A stretch of DNA of 64,000 nt from Bdellovibrionota bacterium. GTDB lineage: Bacteria; Bdellovibrionota_C; UBA2361; CAKMMH01. The position numbers and the translations under genes were made by a program. Within the stretch, counting starts at the first letter, position 1. The number at the start of each line of letters is the position of its first letter. The notes under the pieces are model-generated. The model did not search any database. It saw only the letters and a list, made by a program, of their open reading frames with translations, and was not told the DNA's origin. Shown piece by piece: positions 9,882 to 20,118 of the stretch. The stretch covers positions 224,001-288,000 of the forward strand of contig JBMNLI010000010.1 in assembly GCA_050952645.1 (NCBI GenBank), in the 5' to 3' direction.

Positions 9882-10223
9882 ATGAGAGCTTTAAAATTAT
9901 TATTATTTTTACTAATTTTGCCATGCAGTATTTTACTAGGAAGCAGCGCCTTTTCAATAACATTAGATGATTCGTTTTTAGGAACGTCTAGCACTAAAAT
10001 AAGAGTTCTCCTTGGCGAGCCTCTAGAAAAAGTTGAGTACAAACTGCTTAACAAGTCTAGCTTTGTATACCCAGAGTACGTTCTATATTTTAAGGATGAG
10101 GCTTTACAAAAAATCGTATATAGGAATGAAGATGAGTTAGCGAAAAAAGATGTAGCTAAAACTCCAAGTGCAGAAAAAATAGATGACAATCCAAATTTAG
10201 TAAACGAAATGTTTTCAAATTAA
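9882..10223 (+). CDS. Small exported protein (SmpA/BamE-like stretch)
   Basis: Signal peptide; GTSSTKIRVLLGEP...YVLYFKDEAL pattern. Confidence 0.5.
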   Translation: MRALKLLLFLLILPCSILLGSSAFSITLDDSFLGTSSTKIRVLLGEPLEKVEYKLLNKSSFVYPEYVLYFKDEALQKIVYRNEDELAKKDVAKTPSAEKIDDNPNLVNEMFSN

Positions 10224-10607
10224 AATTAAAAAAATAATTTTACAAAAATAAAAAAAACTAGAATGATAAAAATAAACACTTGTGTTTTTTGTAAAAAAGT
10301 TGTTTCATTATAGTTGTTGTAACCCGTTTTTATTTTATTTCTTAAAAGCAAATCTTTAGTTATGGATTTGCTTTTTTTTTGCTTAAAAAATAAAATTTTT
10401 ATTTTTATTTTTACACTATAAAAATAGGGGTATTTTCGCATCTAGCAATTTAAATTTATATCTAAATTTCTTGAAAATATTTTTATCAAAGTGAATCTAA
10501 GTAATAAGTAAGTAGTAAATAAGTAGTAAGCGAGTAATAAGCAAATAGTAAATAAATAATAAACGAGCAGTAAATTAAAATGGTTTTAATTTTAGGAACT
10601 ATAAAAA

Positions 10608-11606
10608 ATGGATTTTATAAACGCAAATTTTAATCTTCAAATTTTTGATTATATGATTTCTCACTACCAAGGAAAGTATGCTTTTACGACTATCCTTTCA
10701 ACATTAAATTCTACTCATTATAAATCTGGCGAGCAAATATTCGTTAAAAACGATCTTTTAAAATTTGAAAAGATGCGTAGCGAAGTTGTTCAAGAGCAAA
10801 AGGTATTTTTCGATAGAGGCAAATGTAGCAATGATGATGTAGAATACAGAACTTTAAAAAGTTCATTAGAGCAAATGTCCATGGACTTATTAAATCACGC
10901 TGAAAAAGTAGACCCGATAATCGATGCGACCGACTACTCTTCTGATCCTGAAAAAGTTAATTTTCTAGTAGCATCTTATGGTAGAGTTTGCTACCAGAGA
11001 ATGCACCAATTTAGCTTTAATTTAGACTCTGCTATTACTCTAAATCTTAGGCAAGAAGCTGCAGGATTGCAAAACTTAAGAAGCGTAGCTATTCAAAATA
11101 TGTCGAACTTTGATGGCTTCGTTCAAAATACTATGCTCTCAAAACAATTGATACCTAAAGAAACCTACATCGCATTTTGGGAAGATTGCGTTTCAATTGG
11201 TGCTACACTAAAAGCGGCTTGTCATGATATCGATATGTTTATTAAGCTAAGTGAAAAAGATGATTTTGAATACACAGATTATCCGTATATTCATCAAGAT
11301 GAAATGGCTAGCTGGCAACAATTAAACGTTATCCCACAAAGTATAGGCTACTGGAAAGCTTGCGACTTTACTCCATCGAAAGCCGCACCTTGGATAAGCG
11401 TAAATATAACGGATCCTTTTTTATGTCTTACTAGTTTAAAATATAAACTAACCGTAGATGATACATCTTTATGTATGCAACAAAATATTCCTTTAGTTTT
11501 AGCAAGACGTTGGATAGCCCTTGGCGTTCCGTTAGTAGAGGGAATAGAAAGAATGAAAAAAGGAGAAATGCCACCTCTAGTAAAGGAAGGTGAAAGAATG
11601 CTTTAA
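10608..11606 (+). CDS. Hypothetical protein with C-terminal Trp-spaced repeats
   Basis: 332 aa ORF with AGGA RBS; no recognised family. Confidence 0.7.
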   Translation: MDFINANFNLQIFDYMISHYQGKYAFTTILSTLNSTHYKSGEQIFVKNDLLKFEKMRSEVVQEQKVFFDRGKCSNDDVEYRTLKSSLEQMSMDLLNHAEKVDPIIDATDYSSDPEKVNFLVASYGRVCYQRMHQFSFNLDSAITLNLRQEAAGLQNLRSVAIQNMSNFDGFVQNTMLSKQLIPKETYIAFWEDCVSIGATLKAACHDIDMFIKLSEKDDFEYTDYPYIHQDEMASWQQLNVIPQSIGYWKACDFTPSKAAPWISVNITDPFLCLTSLKYKLTVDDTSLCMQQNIPLVLARRWIALGVPLVEGIERMKKGEMPPLVKEGERML

Positions 11607-11629
11607 AAAACTTAAAGCTTAAAAAAAAC

Positions 11630-11661
11630 TTAAGGCTTTAAGAAAAAACCTAAAGCCTTAA
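11630..11661. terminator. Putative bidirectional terminator hairpin between convergent genes
   Basis: TTAAGGCTTTA-N10-TAAAGCCTTAA flanked by A and T runs. Confidence 0.5.
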
Positions 11662-11668
11662 AATTTTT

Positions 11669-12679
11669 TTATTTAGCGTATCCTTGATTTCTCGCTCTAT
11701 AAAAATCGGTTAGCTTTTGAAGCACACCTGCACAAACGCTTACGATTTTTCCCCACCCAGTAGGAATAAATGAGAAAACTTTTTTTGCTATACCTAACCC
11801 AGTAGATATTTTCTTTGCACATTTATCAAACCAGCCTTTAATTCCCGAGCGAAGCTTATAAGAGCGGCTAGCAAACATTCCAGTGTTGCCATCATATGCG
11901 ACTGTAAATCTTTGTTTCCCATATTTTACAGTAAAATCGTTTTGAGGGTCTTGCCTAAAGTTTGCTATCTTAGTTTCAAAATCAAGAATTTTATTATTTA
12001 ACTCTTCTTGTTTTACAGGATCTTCGATTATATTTTCTTCCATGTTGCTAGGCAAATCTTCGACTGGCCAACCAAACTCTAAGCTCATACTAGCAAGCTT
12101 TTGATTTTGCTCAGGCGTTATATTAGTATTTCTAAGCCTTACAAAATGCCCATCTTTGCTCCAAGCAAGAAAACCATCTTCGCTATTTCCTAAGCCTCCA
12201 TTCGATAAAATTGCTTGCTCAACTACCGCTCGCCACTCATTTACAGAAAAATTATTTGCATTAGCTTTAAATAGCTCTCCTGCAAGCTCGTTTACTTTAG
12301 GGTCGATAATAATTGCACCTAAAATATAATTCCTAGGATTTACGAGCGTTTCACCACTTATTAACGGTGCATTTCTAGCCGATGTATAAGGGTAGCCACT
12401 AAAAGCCGGAATTACATGGTTTAAGTTTGCTTGAGTAGATGATAAATATCTAAGCAAATTTTCATCAATGTTTTTCAATGCAACGTTTTGAGTTGCTATG
12501 TTTTGAGTTGCTATATTGTGAGAGGCGATATTTTGAGTTAACAAATTTTGGCTAGGCATAACATTTTGCATATTTGTTATATTATTACAATTAGCACTAG
12601 TTCCTGCACCCATATTTTGTGCTATTAAAAAATTGTAATAATCTGCTAATTGCCGATTATAAATATTATTAACTTCCAT
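11669..12679 (-). CDS. Hypothetical protein: N/Q-rich N-terminus, amphipathic C-terminal helix
   Basis: 336 aa ORF, AGGAG RBS, QNIA pentapeptide repeats, C-terminal GIKGWFDKCAKKISTGLGIAKKVFSFIP. Confidence 0.75.
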   Translation of the reverse strand: MEVNNIYNRQLADYYNFLIAQNMGAGTSANCNNITNMQNVMPSQNLLTQNIASHNIATQNIATQNVALKNIDENLLRYLSSTQANLNHVIPAFSGYPYTSARNAPLISGETLVNPRNYILGAIIIDPKVNELAGELFKANANNFSVNEWRAVVEQAILSNGGLGNSEDGFLAWSKDGHFVRLRNTNITPEQNQKLASMSLEFGWPVEDLPSNMEENIIEDPVKQEELNNKILDFETKIANFRQDPQNDFTVKYGKQRFTVAYDGNTGMFASRSYKLRSGIKGWFDKCAKKISTGLGIAKKVFSFIPTGWGKIVSVCAGVLQKLTDFYRARNQGYAK

Positions 12680-12796
12680 AAAATCTCCTTTTTTTTAAAT
12701 TTATAAAAAAACTCTTAAAAAACAAAGTTCTTACAAAAGAACTTTATTAAAAGTTTTTTCTCCTATTTAAGTAAGTCGAAGATTTACAGGAAAATG

Positions 12797-12823
12797 TTAT
12801 CGGTTTTAATTTTTAATTTTTTA
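12797..12823 (-). promoter_or_regulatory. Sigma28 (FliA)-type promoter
   Basis: Minus strand TAAA-N15-ACCGATAA versus consensus TAAA-N15-GCCGATAA, about 120 bp upstream of the 336-aa orphan gene. Confidence 0.55.
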
Positions 12824-12838
12824 CACGATTAAAAAACT

Positions 12839-14260
12839 TTACCACTTGTCTTTCTTTCCATTAGCACTATTTATTACGCTCTGTCTTCCAAATAAGTTAA
12901 ATGTTTTTAAAAGTTCGTATGCTTTTTTAAGTTGTCCATCTCGCTCGAATATCTCATCGATAGTAGCTTTCTCAATATCGAAATCATCGAAAACATTTTC
13001 TACTTTTGGAGTGTTGTTTAACTTTCTCATAGTGTCTGCTCCATCATCACCTTCAGGGTTTTTAATCGCCCCAGGGAGATCTTTTTCTTTTATCTCTAAT
13101 GGCTCAGCCTCTTCTTGGTCGTTTATATTATTATGTACATACGTATTATCTTCTATAATAATATCTGGCTCAACGCCTTTAGCCTGAATGGAATTTTCGC
13201 TCTTAGTATAATATAGAGCCGTAGTTAATGTAATAGCTCCGCCATTTGAAAGAGGCGTTATAGTTTGCACCGAGCCTTTCCCAAAAGATTTCGTTCCTAA
13301 AATTAAAGCACGTCCGTGATCTTTTAGTGCCGCCGCTACGATTTCAGAAGCCGATGCAGAACCACCATTTATAAGCACCACTATCGGATAATCTGGCTCG
13401 GTATCTCTTTTAGTCGCATAGAATTTTTGTTTTTGATTTTTTACTCTACCATCCGTATAAACGATAACGCCATCATCTAAAAATAAATCGACTACGTTTA
13501 CCGCTTGTTCTAGAAGCCCTCCTGGGTTATTTCTTAAGTCTAAGATAAGCCCTTTTAATTTTTTGCTCTTATATTCTTTCTTAAAACTTGCGAGCGCCTC
13601 TTTTAAATCTTCCGTGGTTTTTTCCATAAATTGAGTTAAGCGAATATATCCAAAGCCATCGCCTAAATATAATGATTTAACGCTATCGACCGTAATAATT
13701 TCCCTTCTTACTTTTAAGTCTAACAATCTTTTTACGCCCTCTCTACTTACAGTTATTACTACGTAAGAGCCTTTAGGACCTCTAAGTTTTTTTACTGCAT
13801 CTATCAAGCTTAAATTTTTAGCAAACTCACCATCTATTTTTACTATTACATCTCCTGCCCTAACGCCAGCTTTTTTAGCTGGGGAATCGTCCATAGGGGA
13901 AACGACGTATAGAAGCCCGTCTTGAACTGTAATCTCTATTCCCAAACCACCAAACTCGCCTTTAGTTTTTACTTGTAAATCTTTATAGAAATCGGGATCT
14001 AGGTATCCACTATGAGGGTCGAGCGTAGAGAGCATGCCCTTTATCGCCCCTTCGATTACACTTTTAGCATCTATTTTTTGGACATAATCTTTTTTTATTA
14101 TAGAAAGGACATCGGTAAAAATCTTTAACTCGCCATATATATCTGCATCTTGCTCTTTATCTGCATAAGCATTAGGAGCATAAAAAAAAGCAAAACTAGC
14201 GATATAACCACTTAATATTAAACGAAAAATTATTTTTTTTGATAAAAACTTTCTAAACAT
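12839..14260 (-). CDS. ctpA: Carboxyl-terminal processing protease (S41, PDZ)
   Basis: LDPHS, GEFGGLGIEI, DLRNNPGGLL, SASASEIVA, SFGKGSVQT. Confidence 0.95.
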   Translation of the reverse strand: MFRKFLSKKIIFRLILSGYIASFAFFYAPNAYADKEQDADIYGELKIFTDVLSIIKKDYVQKIDAKSVIEGAIKGMLSTLDPHSGYLDPDFYKDLQVKTKGEFGGLGIEITVQDGLLYVVSPMDDSPAKKAGVRAGDVIVKIDGEFAKNLSLIDAVKKLRGPKGSYVVITVSREGVKRLLDLKVRREIITVDSVKSLYLGDGFGYIRLTQFMEKTTEDLKEALASFKKEYKSKKLKGLILDLRNNPGGLLEQAVNVVDLFLDDGVIVYTDGRVKNQKQKFYATKRDTEPDYPIVVLINGGSASASEIVAAALKDHGRALILGTKSFGKGSVQTITPLSNGGAITLTTALYYTKSENSIQAKGVEPDIIIEDNTYVHNNINDQEEAEPLEIKEKDLPGAIKNPEGDDGADTMRKLNNTPKVENVFDDFDIEKATIDEIFERDGQLKKAYELLKTFNLFGRQSVINSANGKKDKW

Positions 14261-14411
14261 AACGGACCTTTAGGGAAAAATCTTAAAACTCATAAACAGA
14301 TTATACAAATAGTGAAATTTGAGCAAGGCAAATTATTAAATATTAAGAAAAATTTTTATTCTTTATATCTTTAAATCTCTAGCCTTAAAGTTTTGCTAAC
14401 TTTAACTAGCT

Positions 14412-15696
14412 TTAGCTAGCTAAGTACAATTTCGGGTCTACGGGTTTTCCATCTTTTCTTATTTCAAAGTAGAAATTATTATTTTGTTCTTTTACATCAC
14501 ATTCGCCCACTAAATCGCCAGCATCTAAAACATCGCCTAGTTTTGCACCGATATTTATAAGATGCGAATATATAGTGTAGTATCTTTCCCCATGGTCTAA
14601 AATAATCATAGAGCCATACCCTGGCATTTTACCATCGAATATCACTTTACCTTTAGCAACGGCGTGTGCTTGCGTTCCATTAGCCACGGCAAACTCTATC
14701 CCTTTAGTAATAACGAAATCTTTAAATTTCTTTACTTGATGTTTTCCAAAAGTTTTTACTATTTTTCCTTTAACTGGAAACGGCAATTTTCCTTTTAAAG
14801 CTAAAAGCCCTTTTCCTGTAAAAGGCTTAACGATTTTTCTTTTTAATTTATCCTTATCTTTTTCCTTATCTTTCTTTTCCTTATCTTTCTTTTTTATATC
14901 TTTAGTTTCTAAGAGCAGCTCTTTTCCGGTAGTAACGGATTTTAAAACTATCTCTATTCTTAAAGCTTGCACTCTTAACTCATTTAGCTCTTTTTCAACT
15001 TGTTTTTCTTTTCTAGTAAGTAAGGCGAGAGTCTCTTTTTTCTTTGCTATTTGTGCTTGTTCCTCGTTATGCATTCTGATAAGTTTATTTTCTAGCTCGA
15101 TATTGTTAGCTAATATTTCTCTTTGTTTATTTGCCTTTATCGCAAAATCTTGTCTAATAGCTAGAAGTCTTACCATTAGCTTTTTATCATATTTTCGTAT
15201 TTTAGAAACGTAAAATGCAACCCTACTTCCATTATTACTTTTATCTGAAAACAAGAATGATAGTAAATCTTGAATAGGTCTTTCCCTATATAATGCTCTT
15301 AATCTTCCTTTTGAACGATTAACTAAAACGACCGCCTCTTTTCTTAATTTCTCGATGCTTTCTTCTAAAGATTTTAACTCTGCCTCGTTTCGCATTCTAG
15401 TTTTCGTTGTTAAATCTTTTTCATTTTTTATTTTTCTTAATTCTTCATTAGATTTATTTATTTGAGCAGTTAAATTTTTTATTTCTATATCTAAATCTTC
15501 TAAGTTCTCTTCTGCTTCTTTAACTTTGATTTTTATTTTATCGAGGCTATTTATATTAAGATTATCTTTTGCGTATGAAAGACTAACGCTTCCTACTACT
15601 AAAAAAAACTACTAAAAAGGTTGCTACAAAGCTTCTTGCTAAAAATAAAAAAAATACGAACAACCAATTTTTTCTATATAGCAATCTTTTATACAT
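14412..15696 (-). CDS. envC: Murein hydrolase activator EnvC (coiled coil + M23-like domain); apparent frameshift in a homopolymer near 15600
   Basis: LPFPVKGKIV, GYGSMIILDHG, FYFEIRKDGKPVDP; downstream of ftsEX. A signal-like N-terminus (ATG at 15696) lies in another frame across an A-run. Confidence 0.85.
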
Positions 15697-15820
15697 AACT
15701 AAAATTTTTCCTAAATTTTATTCTATAATTTTTTTTCTATAAATTTTTTTATAAATTTTTCTAATTTTCCTAGGCTTCTTTTAAATTAACTTTTTAAATT
15801 AAATCTTTAAATTAAATTTT

Positions 15821-16813
15821 TTAAACCTCATCAAAATTTCTTACCGTAAAAAAGCTTGCTAACATTCCTATTAGTAAGCCTAAAAACAAGATAAGCACGC
15901 AATCTAAAAAAGTTAAAAACGAAATACTTTTTTCTACCCAAACTAAAAAATCCGATTTTAGGACTACATTTTTTATAACTGTAGAAACGAAACTTAAAAT
16001 AAAAATTGCAAGCACTCCTCCTAGCAAACCTTGAGTTCCGCCATTTATAATATAGGGCATTCTTAATTGATTATAATCTGCGCCTACTAGTTTCATTACC
16101 TCTATTTCTCTTTGCTGTGCCCATAAGCTTAGGCGTATCGTGCTAGAGATGATAAACCCTGAAACTATTAAAATTAAAATAAATCCTAAGATGGAAATTA
16201 TCCTAAATTCTTTTAACACATCTAAAATTTTTGAAGCGTATCCAAGGTCGTATTGTATTTCCTCTATATTGCGATTTCCTTTTAACATTTTTTTAAGTGC
16301 TACTAAGAAATGCTTCGTATCGCTTTTAGACTTTAAATATACCTCGAGCGAAGCAGGGAGTGGATTTATATCGCCTAAGCCATCTAGAATAGCGGAATTT
16401 TCAGGCATAATTTCTTTAAAATATATCATCGCATCTTTTTTAGAGAGGTACTCTATTCTTTCGACATCTTTTATGGCGCTAATATCCGATTTTAATTTTA
16501 CTAGCTCTTTGCCTTTTATCCTATCTTTTAGGTAAATACTTACTTGTAAATTAGAGTGTGAACTAGATAAAAAATTATCTAAATTATTAACTAGCATCAA
16601 GTAAGAAGAAAAAATAAATAGCGTAAATGAAATCGTTAAGATCGCCATAAGAAATATGACTGGAGTTTTTTTTGCTATTTCTACCGACTGCATAACCCAA
16701 TATAAAAACTTTTCTTTTTTAGTTATGGTAAATTTTTTTTCTAGATCTTTCCAAATATCTTTTAGCCCAAGGGTAAACTTTTCGTTGCTTTTTTGAAACT
16801 TTTCTTCTATCAT
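15821..16813 (-). CDS. ftsX: Cell division ABC transporter permease FtsX
   Basis: NPLPASLEV, ISSTIRLSL..REIEVMKLVGA; coupled to ftsE. Confidence 0.93.
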   Translation of the reverse strand: MIEEKFQKSNEKFTLGLKDIWKDLEKKFTITKKEKFLYWVMQSVEIAKKTPVIFLMAILTISFTLFIFSSYLMLVNNLDNFLSSSHSNLQVSIYLKDRIKGKELVKLKSDISAIKDVERIEYLSKKDAMIYFKEIMPENSAILDGLGDINPLPASLEVYLKSKSDTKHFLVALKKMLKGNRNIEEIQYDLGYASKILDVLKEFRIISILGFILILIVSGFIISSTIRLSLWAQQREIEVMKLVGADYNQLRMPYIINGGTQGLLGGVLAIFILSFVSTVIKNVVLKSDFLVWVEKSISFLTFLDCVLILFLGLLIGMLASFFTVRNFDEV

Positions 16814-17490
16814 TCGCTCCCCCTTGGATTATCGTAGTCGCCTATAATTTTTCCATGGTCTAAAACTATCGTTCTTAAATTTAACTCTTCTATAATAGAT
16901 AGATTGTGAGTTGCCACCACTACGGTTACTCCTGCGGCATTAGCCTCTAAAAGCAGGTCGAAAACGACGCTCGTCATCTGTGTATCTAAATTTCCAGTAG
17001 GCTCATCGGCTAAGATTAGCGATGGTTTATGAATAAGGGCTCGTGCTACGGCTATTCTTTGTTGTTCTCCACCAGAAAGCGTCAAGGGCATATCATAAGC
17101 TCTATCTTCTAGCTTTAAAGATTTTAAGATTTTTAGAGCCATCTCGTGTCTTTCTTTTTTAGGATATCCTTTGATTTCTAAACTATAACAAACATTATCT
17201 ATAATATTTTTATTTAGTAGCAATTTATAATCTTGAAAGACTATGCCAGTGTATCTTCTTAAAGTAATTAAATCTTTTGGAGTGAAATTTTTCATATTTA
17301 CATTATTTATAACCATTTCACCTTGAGTAAGTTTTTCTTGCCCAAGCATTAACTTTAAAAGAGTGCTTTTCCCAGCGCCAGACGCCCCTGCTATAAACAG
17401 AAAATCACCTTTTTTAACTCTTAAGCTTATCCCCCTAATGGCTTCTTGGTGTGGAGGATATGTTTTAAATAAATTTTTAATTCTTATCAT
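16810..17490 (-). CDS. ftsE: Cell division ATP-binding protein FtsE
   Basis: GASGAGKST, GIVFQDYKLL, LSGGEQQR, LADEPTGNLD. Confidence 0.95.
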   Translation of the reverse strand: MIRIKNLFKTYPPHQEAIRGISLRVKKGDFLFIAGASGAGKSTLLKLMLGQEKLTQGEMVINNVNMKNFTPKDLITLRRYTGIVFQDYKLLLNKNIIDNVCYSLEIKGYPKKERHEMALKILKSLKLEDRAYDMPLTLSGGEQQRIAVARALIHKPSLILADEPTGNLDTQMTSVVFDLLLEANAAGVTVVVATHNLSIIEELNLRTIVLDHGKIIGDYDNPRGSE

Positions 17491-17680
17491 ATAAATATAT
17501 TTTTTAATCTTTAAAAGGGGGACTCTTAATTGAGCCTAAGACTAGCACCTATAAAAAATATTTTAATATTAGAATTATTTTACTGCAAGATATCAAAAAC
17601 TAGCGCCATCTTCGCTATGCACGCCTTAAGAGAAAATTAAAAGAAAATTAATTTTAAGAAATTAAAAAATTTAGACGCCT

Positions 17681-17730
17681 AGCAATTAAAAACTAAAGGT
17701 CAAGCTGTCAGGCTGTGGATAATTTTCTTA
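17681..17730. repeat. 50-bp second repeat family copy (other copy 43293-43342), containing a DnaA-box match
   Basis: 43/50 identity to 43293-43342, all differences transitions; TGTGGATAA at 17714-17722. Confidence 0.7.
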
Positions 17731-17768
17731 AAGACCTTACTAGGCAAAAATAGCGTCTTATATCTCTC

Positions 17769-17793
17769 TAGCCCACTCAAAACGTGAAGAGCC
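17769..17793. repeat. Right end of MITE-like repeat
   Basis: TAGCCCACTCAAAACGTGAAGAGCC, just downstream of tyrS. Confidence 0.8.
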
Positions 17794-17836
17794 AAAATCT
17801 TTATATTTAATATATTATATTTAATAATCTTGATAT

Positions 17837-19150
17837 TTAATTAAAGTATACTTTAAGGAATATTTTTTTTCCTTTACGAAGCAGAACGAAATCTTTATCT
17901 ATTGGTTTTGTGATTATTGCGTTTATATCATTACATACTTTATCGTCTATATATGCGCCCTCTTGCATAATAAGTCTACGAGCTTCTCCTTTTGATGATA
18001 CTAAGCGAGAGTTATAAAATAAATCTAAAACATTTATGCTTTCTGAAATTTTATAATCGCTAGTAGGTATATCTTTACTAGTTAAGGTCTTAGTGCTAAA
18101 AAGATCTTTAGCAACGGCTAGTGCCTTATCTGCTTCTTCTTTACCGTGGACTAATTTAGTAATTTCAAATGCCATGGTGCGTTTTGCTTTTATTATGTCT
18201 GATGAGCATAATTCTTGTATTTCTTTTAGGGGGATAGTAGTAAATAATTTTAATAGCATTTCTACATCTCCATCATCGACATTATAAAAATACTGGTAAA
18301 AATCGAATGATGTAGTTTTATCTCGTGCCACCCAAAGCGTTCCTGAAGCGGTCTTTCCCATTTTTCTACCGTCTTTAGTTAGTAGTAGCGGGCAAGTTAA
18401 GCCAAATATTTCATTATCTATTTCGTTATCTATTTCACTATCTATCTTGCTAACTTCGCTATTCTCATTAGAGTTATTTTTAACTAGCGAGTTTTTTCCT
18501 GAATTTAGAAACTGCATTTTTCTATATAAAGATGTACCTGCGACTATGTTTCCCCATTGATCGCTTCCTCCTATTTGCAGAACACAACCGTATTCTTGAT
18601 TTAAGTATACGAAATCGTAAGCTTGCATTAGCATATAGCCCATTTCGAGGAAAGTTAGTCCGCCTTCTTTTAATCTATTAGCGTAAGACTCTGTTGCTAG
18701 CATTACATTTACATTAAAATGAACGCCTACTAATCTCATAAAATCGACGTAATTGTAAGAATTTATCCATGTAGAGTTATCGAGGATAATGGCAGGGTTT
18801 TCGCCATCGGTTTTAACAAAATTTTTTATAAGTTTTTTAACCTCTTCGATATTAGCTTTAACTTGCGTTGCTGTGAGCATTTTTCGCATATCGCTTCTTC
18901 CGCTTGGGTCGCCAACGAGTGCCGTAGCTCCACCTATTACGATAATTCCTCTATGCCCAGCATCTTGCAAGTATCTAAACATCATAAGCGCAAAGAAATG
19001 TCCTATATGCAAGCTATCTGCCGTAGGGTCTATTCCTAAATAAAATGTAAAACTTTTATCTTCTTCTAGTAGTTTTTGCACTTTATCCATGTTAGTGCAT
19101 TGGTATATATATCCTCTATTTTTAAGTATTGTGAATAACGTTTCTTCCAT
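17837..19150 (-). CDS. tyrS: Tyrosine--tRNA ligase
   Basis: YLGIDPTADSLHIGH, QIGGSDQWGNI, KMGKT, C-terminal S4-like domain. Confidence 0.97.
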   Translation of the reverse strand: MEETLFTILKNRGYIYQCTNMDKVQKLLEEDKSFTFYLGIDPTADSLHIGHFFALMMFRYLQDAGHRGIIVIGGATALVGDPSGRSDMRKMLTATQVKANIEEVKKLIKNFVKTDGENPAIILDNSTWINSYNYVDFMRLVGVHFNVNVMLATESYANRLKEGGLTFLEMGYMLMQAYDFVYLNQEYGCVLQIGGSDQWGNIVAGTSLYRKMQFLNSGKNSLVKNNSNENSEVSKIDSEIDNEIDNEIFGLTCPLLLTKDGRKMGKTASGTLWVARDKTTSFDFYQYFYNVDDGDVEMLLKLFTTIPLKEIQELCSSDIIKAKRTMAFEITKLVHGKEEADKALAVAKDLFSTKTLTSKDIPTSDYKISESINVLDLFYNSRLVSSKGEARRLIMQEGAYIDDKVCNDINAIITKPIDKDFVLLRKGKKIFLKVYFN

Positions 19151-19386
19151 CTTCGTTTATTTATCCTTTTATTATTGTTTCTTTTTGTTATTATACCTTT
19201 TTATTATTTTGTATTTTTATTATTTTATATCTTTATTATTTTTTATCTTTTTAATTAAATTTATTTTTAATTATTTATTATTTTTATGCATTTAATTTGT
19301 ATACAGTATTTTTATTAAATATTCAAGCGAAAGGCTTTAATAGCTTTGAGTAGAGAGTAGTTATAATTATTTCTAGTCTAAATTTT

Positions 19387-20049
19387 CTAGTCTAAATTTT
19401 TAATATAGCTAACTATATCTTTAAGTGAGTGAAAAACTTTATAGCTAGAGGTTTCTAGGACATCTTTATGTTGTCCGCCACGTGCTACGAGAAAGCAATC
19501 TATATTTAAGTTTTTTGCGACTTCAGCATCGTGCAAGGTATCTCCTATCATTAGAACCTCGCTATCGTTAAAATCTTTTTTTTCAAACCATTTTAAGCCC
19601 TTTTCGATTTTACTACCTGCGCTATCGTTATCAGAACCTATGATATCTATAAAATAATCTGTTATATTTTTTTCTTTAACGCATTTTATAAGCATATTTT
19701 GTTCTAGTGCTGATAAGATTGACAAGCTTACATTGTAGTTTTTAAAAAATTCTAAAATTTCTATTACATCATCGAACAATTCGCATTCATCTAAGCGTTC
19801 AAAATATCGTTTATGGTATTTAGTAGATATTTTAGTGTAATCGTATTTTGTAGTATCGAAGCCGTATTTAATATAAAAATCTATAACGGGGTAAGAGAGA
19901 TTTTTTTTATATTCTTCAAATGTTATGTGCGGCATACCGAGTTCTTTAAAGATTTCGGCGCAAGGCTCATAACATATTCTAGCATCATTTAGCAGGGTGC
20001 CATTCCAATCGAAGATTACGTGTTTATATTTTAAATTTTTCATAAGCAT
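19387..20049 (-). CDS. HAD-family hydrolase (phosphoglycolate phosphatase-like)
   Basis: IFDWNGTL motif I variant, MIGDTLHD. Confidence 0.88.
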   Translation of the reverse strand: MLMKNLKYKHVIFDWNGTLLNDARICYEPCAEIFKELGMPHITFEEYKKNLSYPVIDFYIKYGFDTTKYDYTKISTKYHKRYFERLDECELFDDVIEILEFFKNYNVSLSILSALEQNMLIKCVKEKNITDYFIDIIGSDNDSAGSKIEKGLKWFEKKDFNDSEVLMIGDTLHDAEVAKNLNIDCFLVARGGQHKDVLETSSYKVFHSLKDIVSYIKNLD

Positions 20050-20118
20050 AACTTTCTTTTGTTTTATTTTAAGTTTTTAAAATAAGCTATAAATAAATTT
20101 TTTAAAAGAGTTTTTTAT

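Noticed and set aside
17714..17722. DnaA box as a sign of oriC
   Set aside because: A single box within a repeat; no box cluster and no dnaA/dnaN/gidA context.
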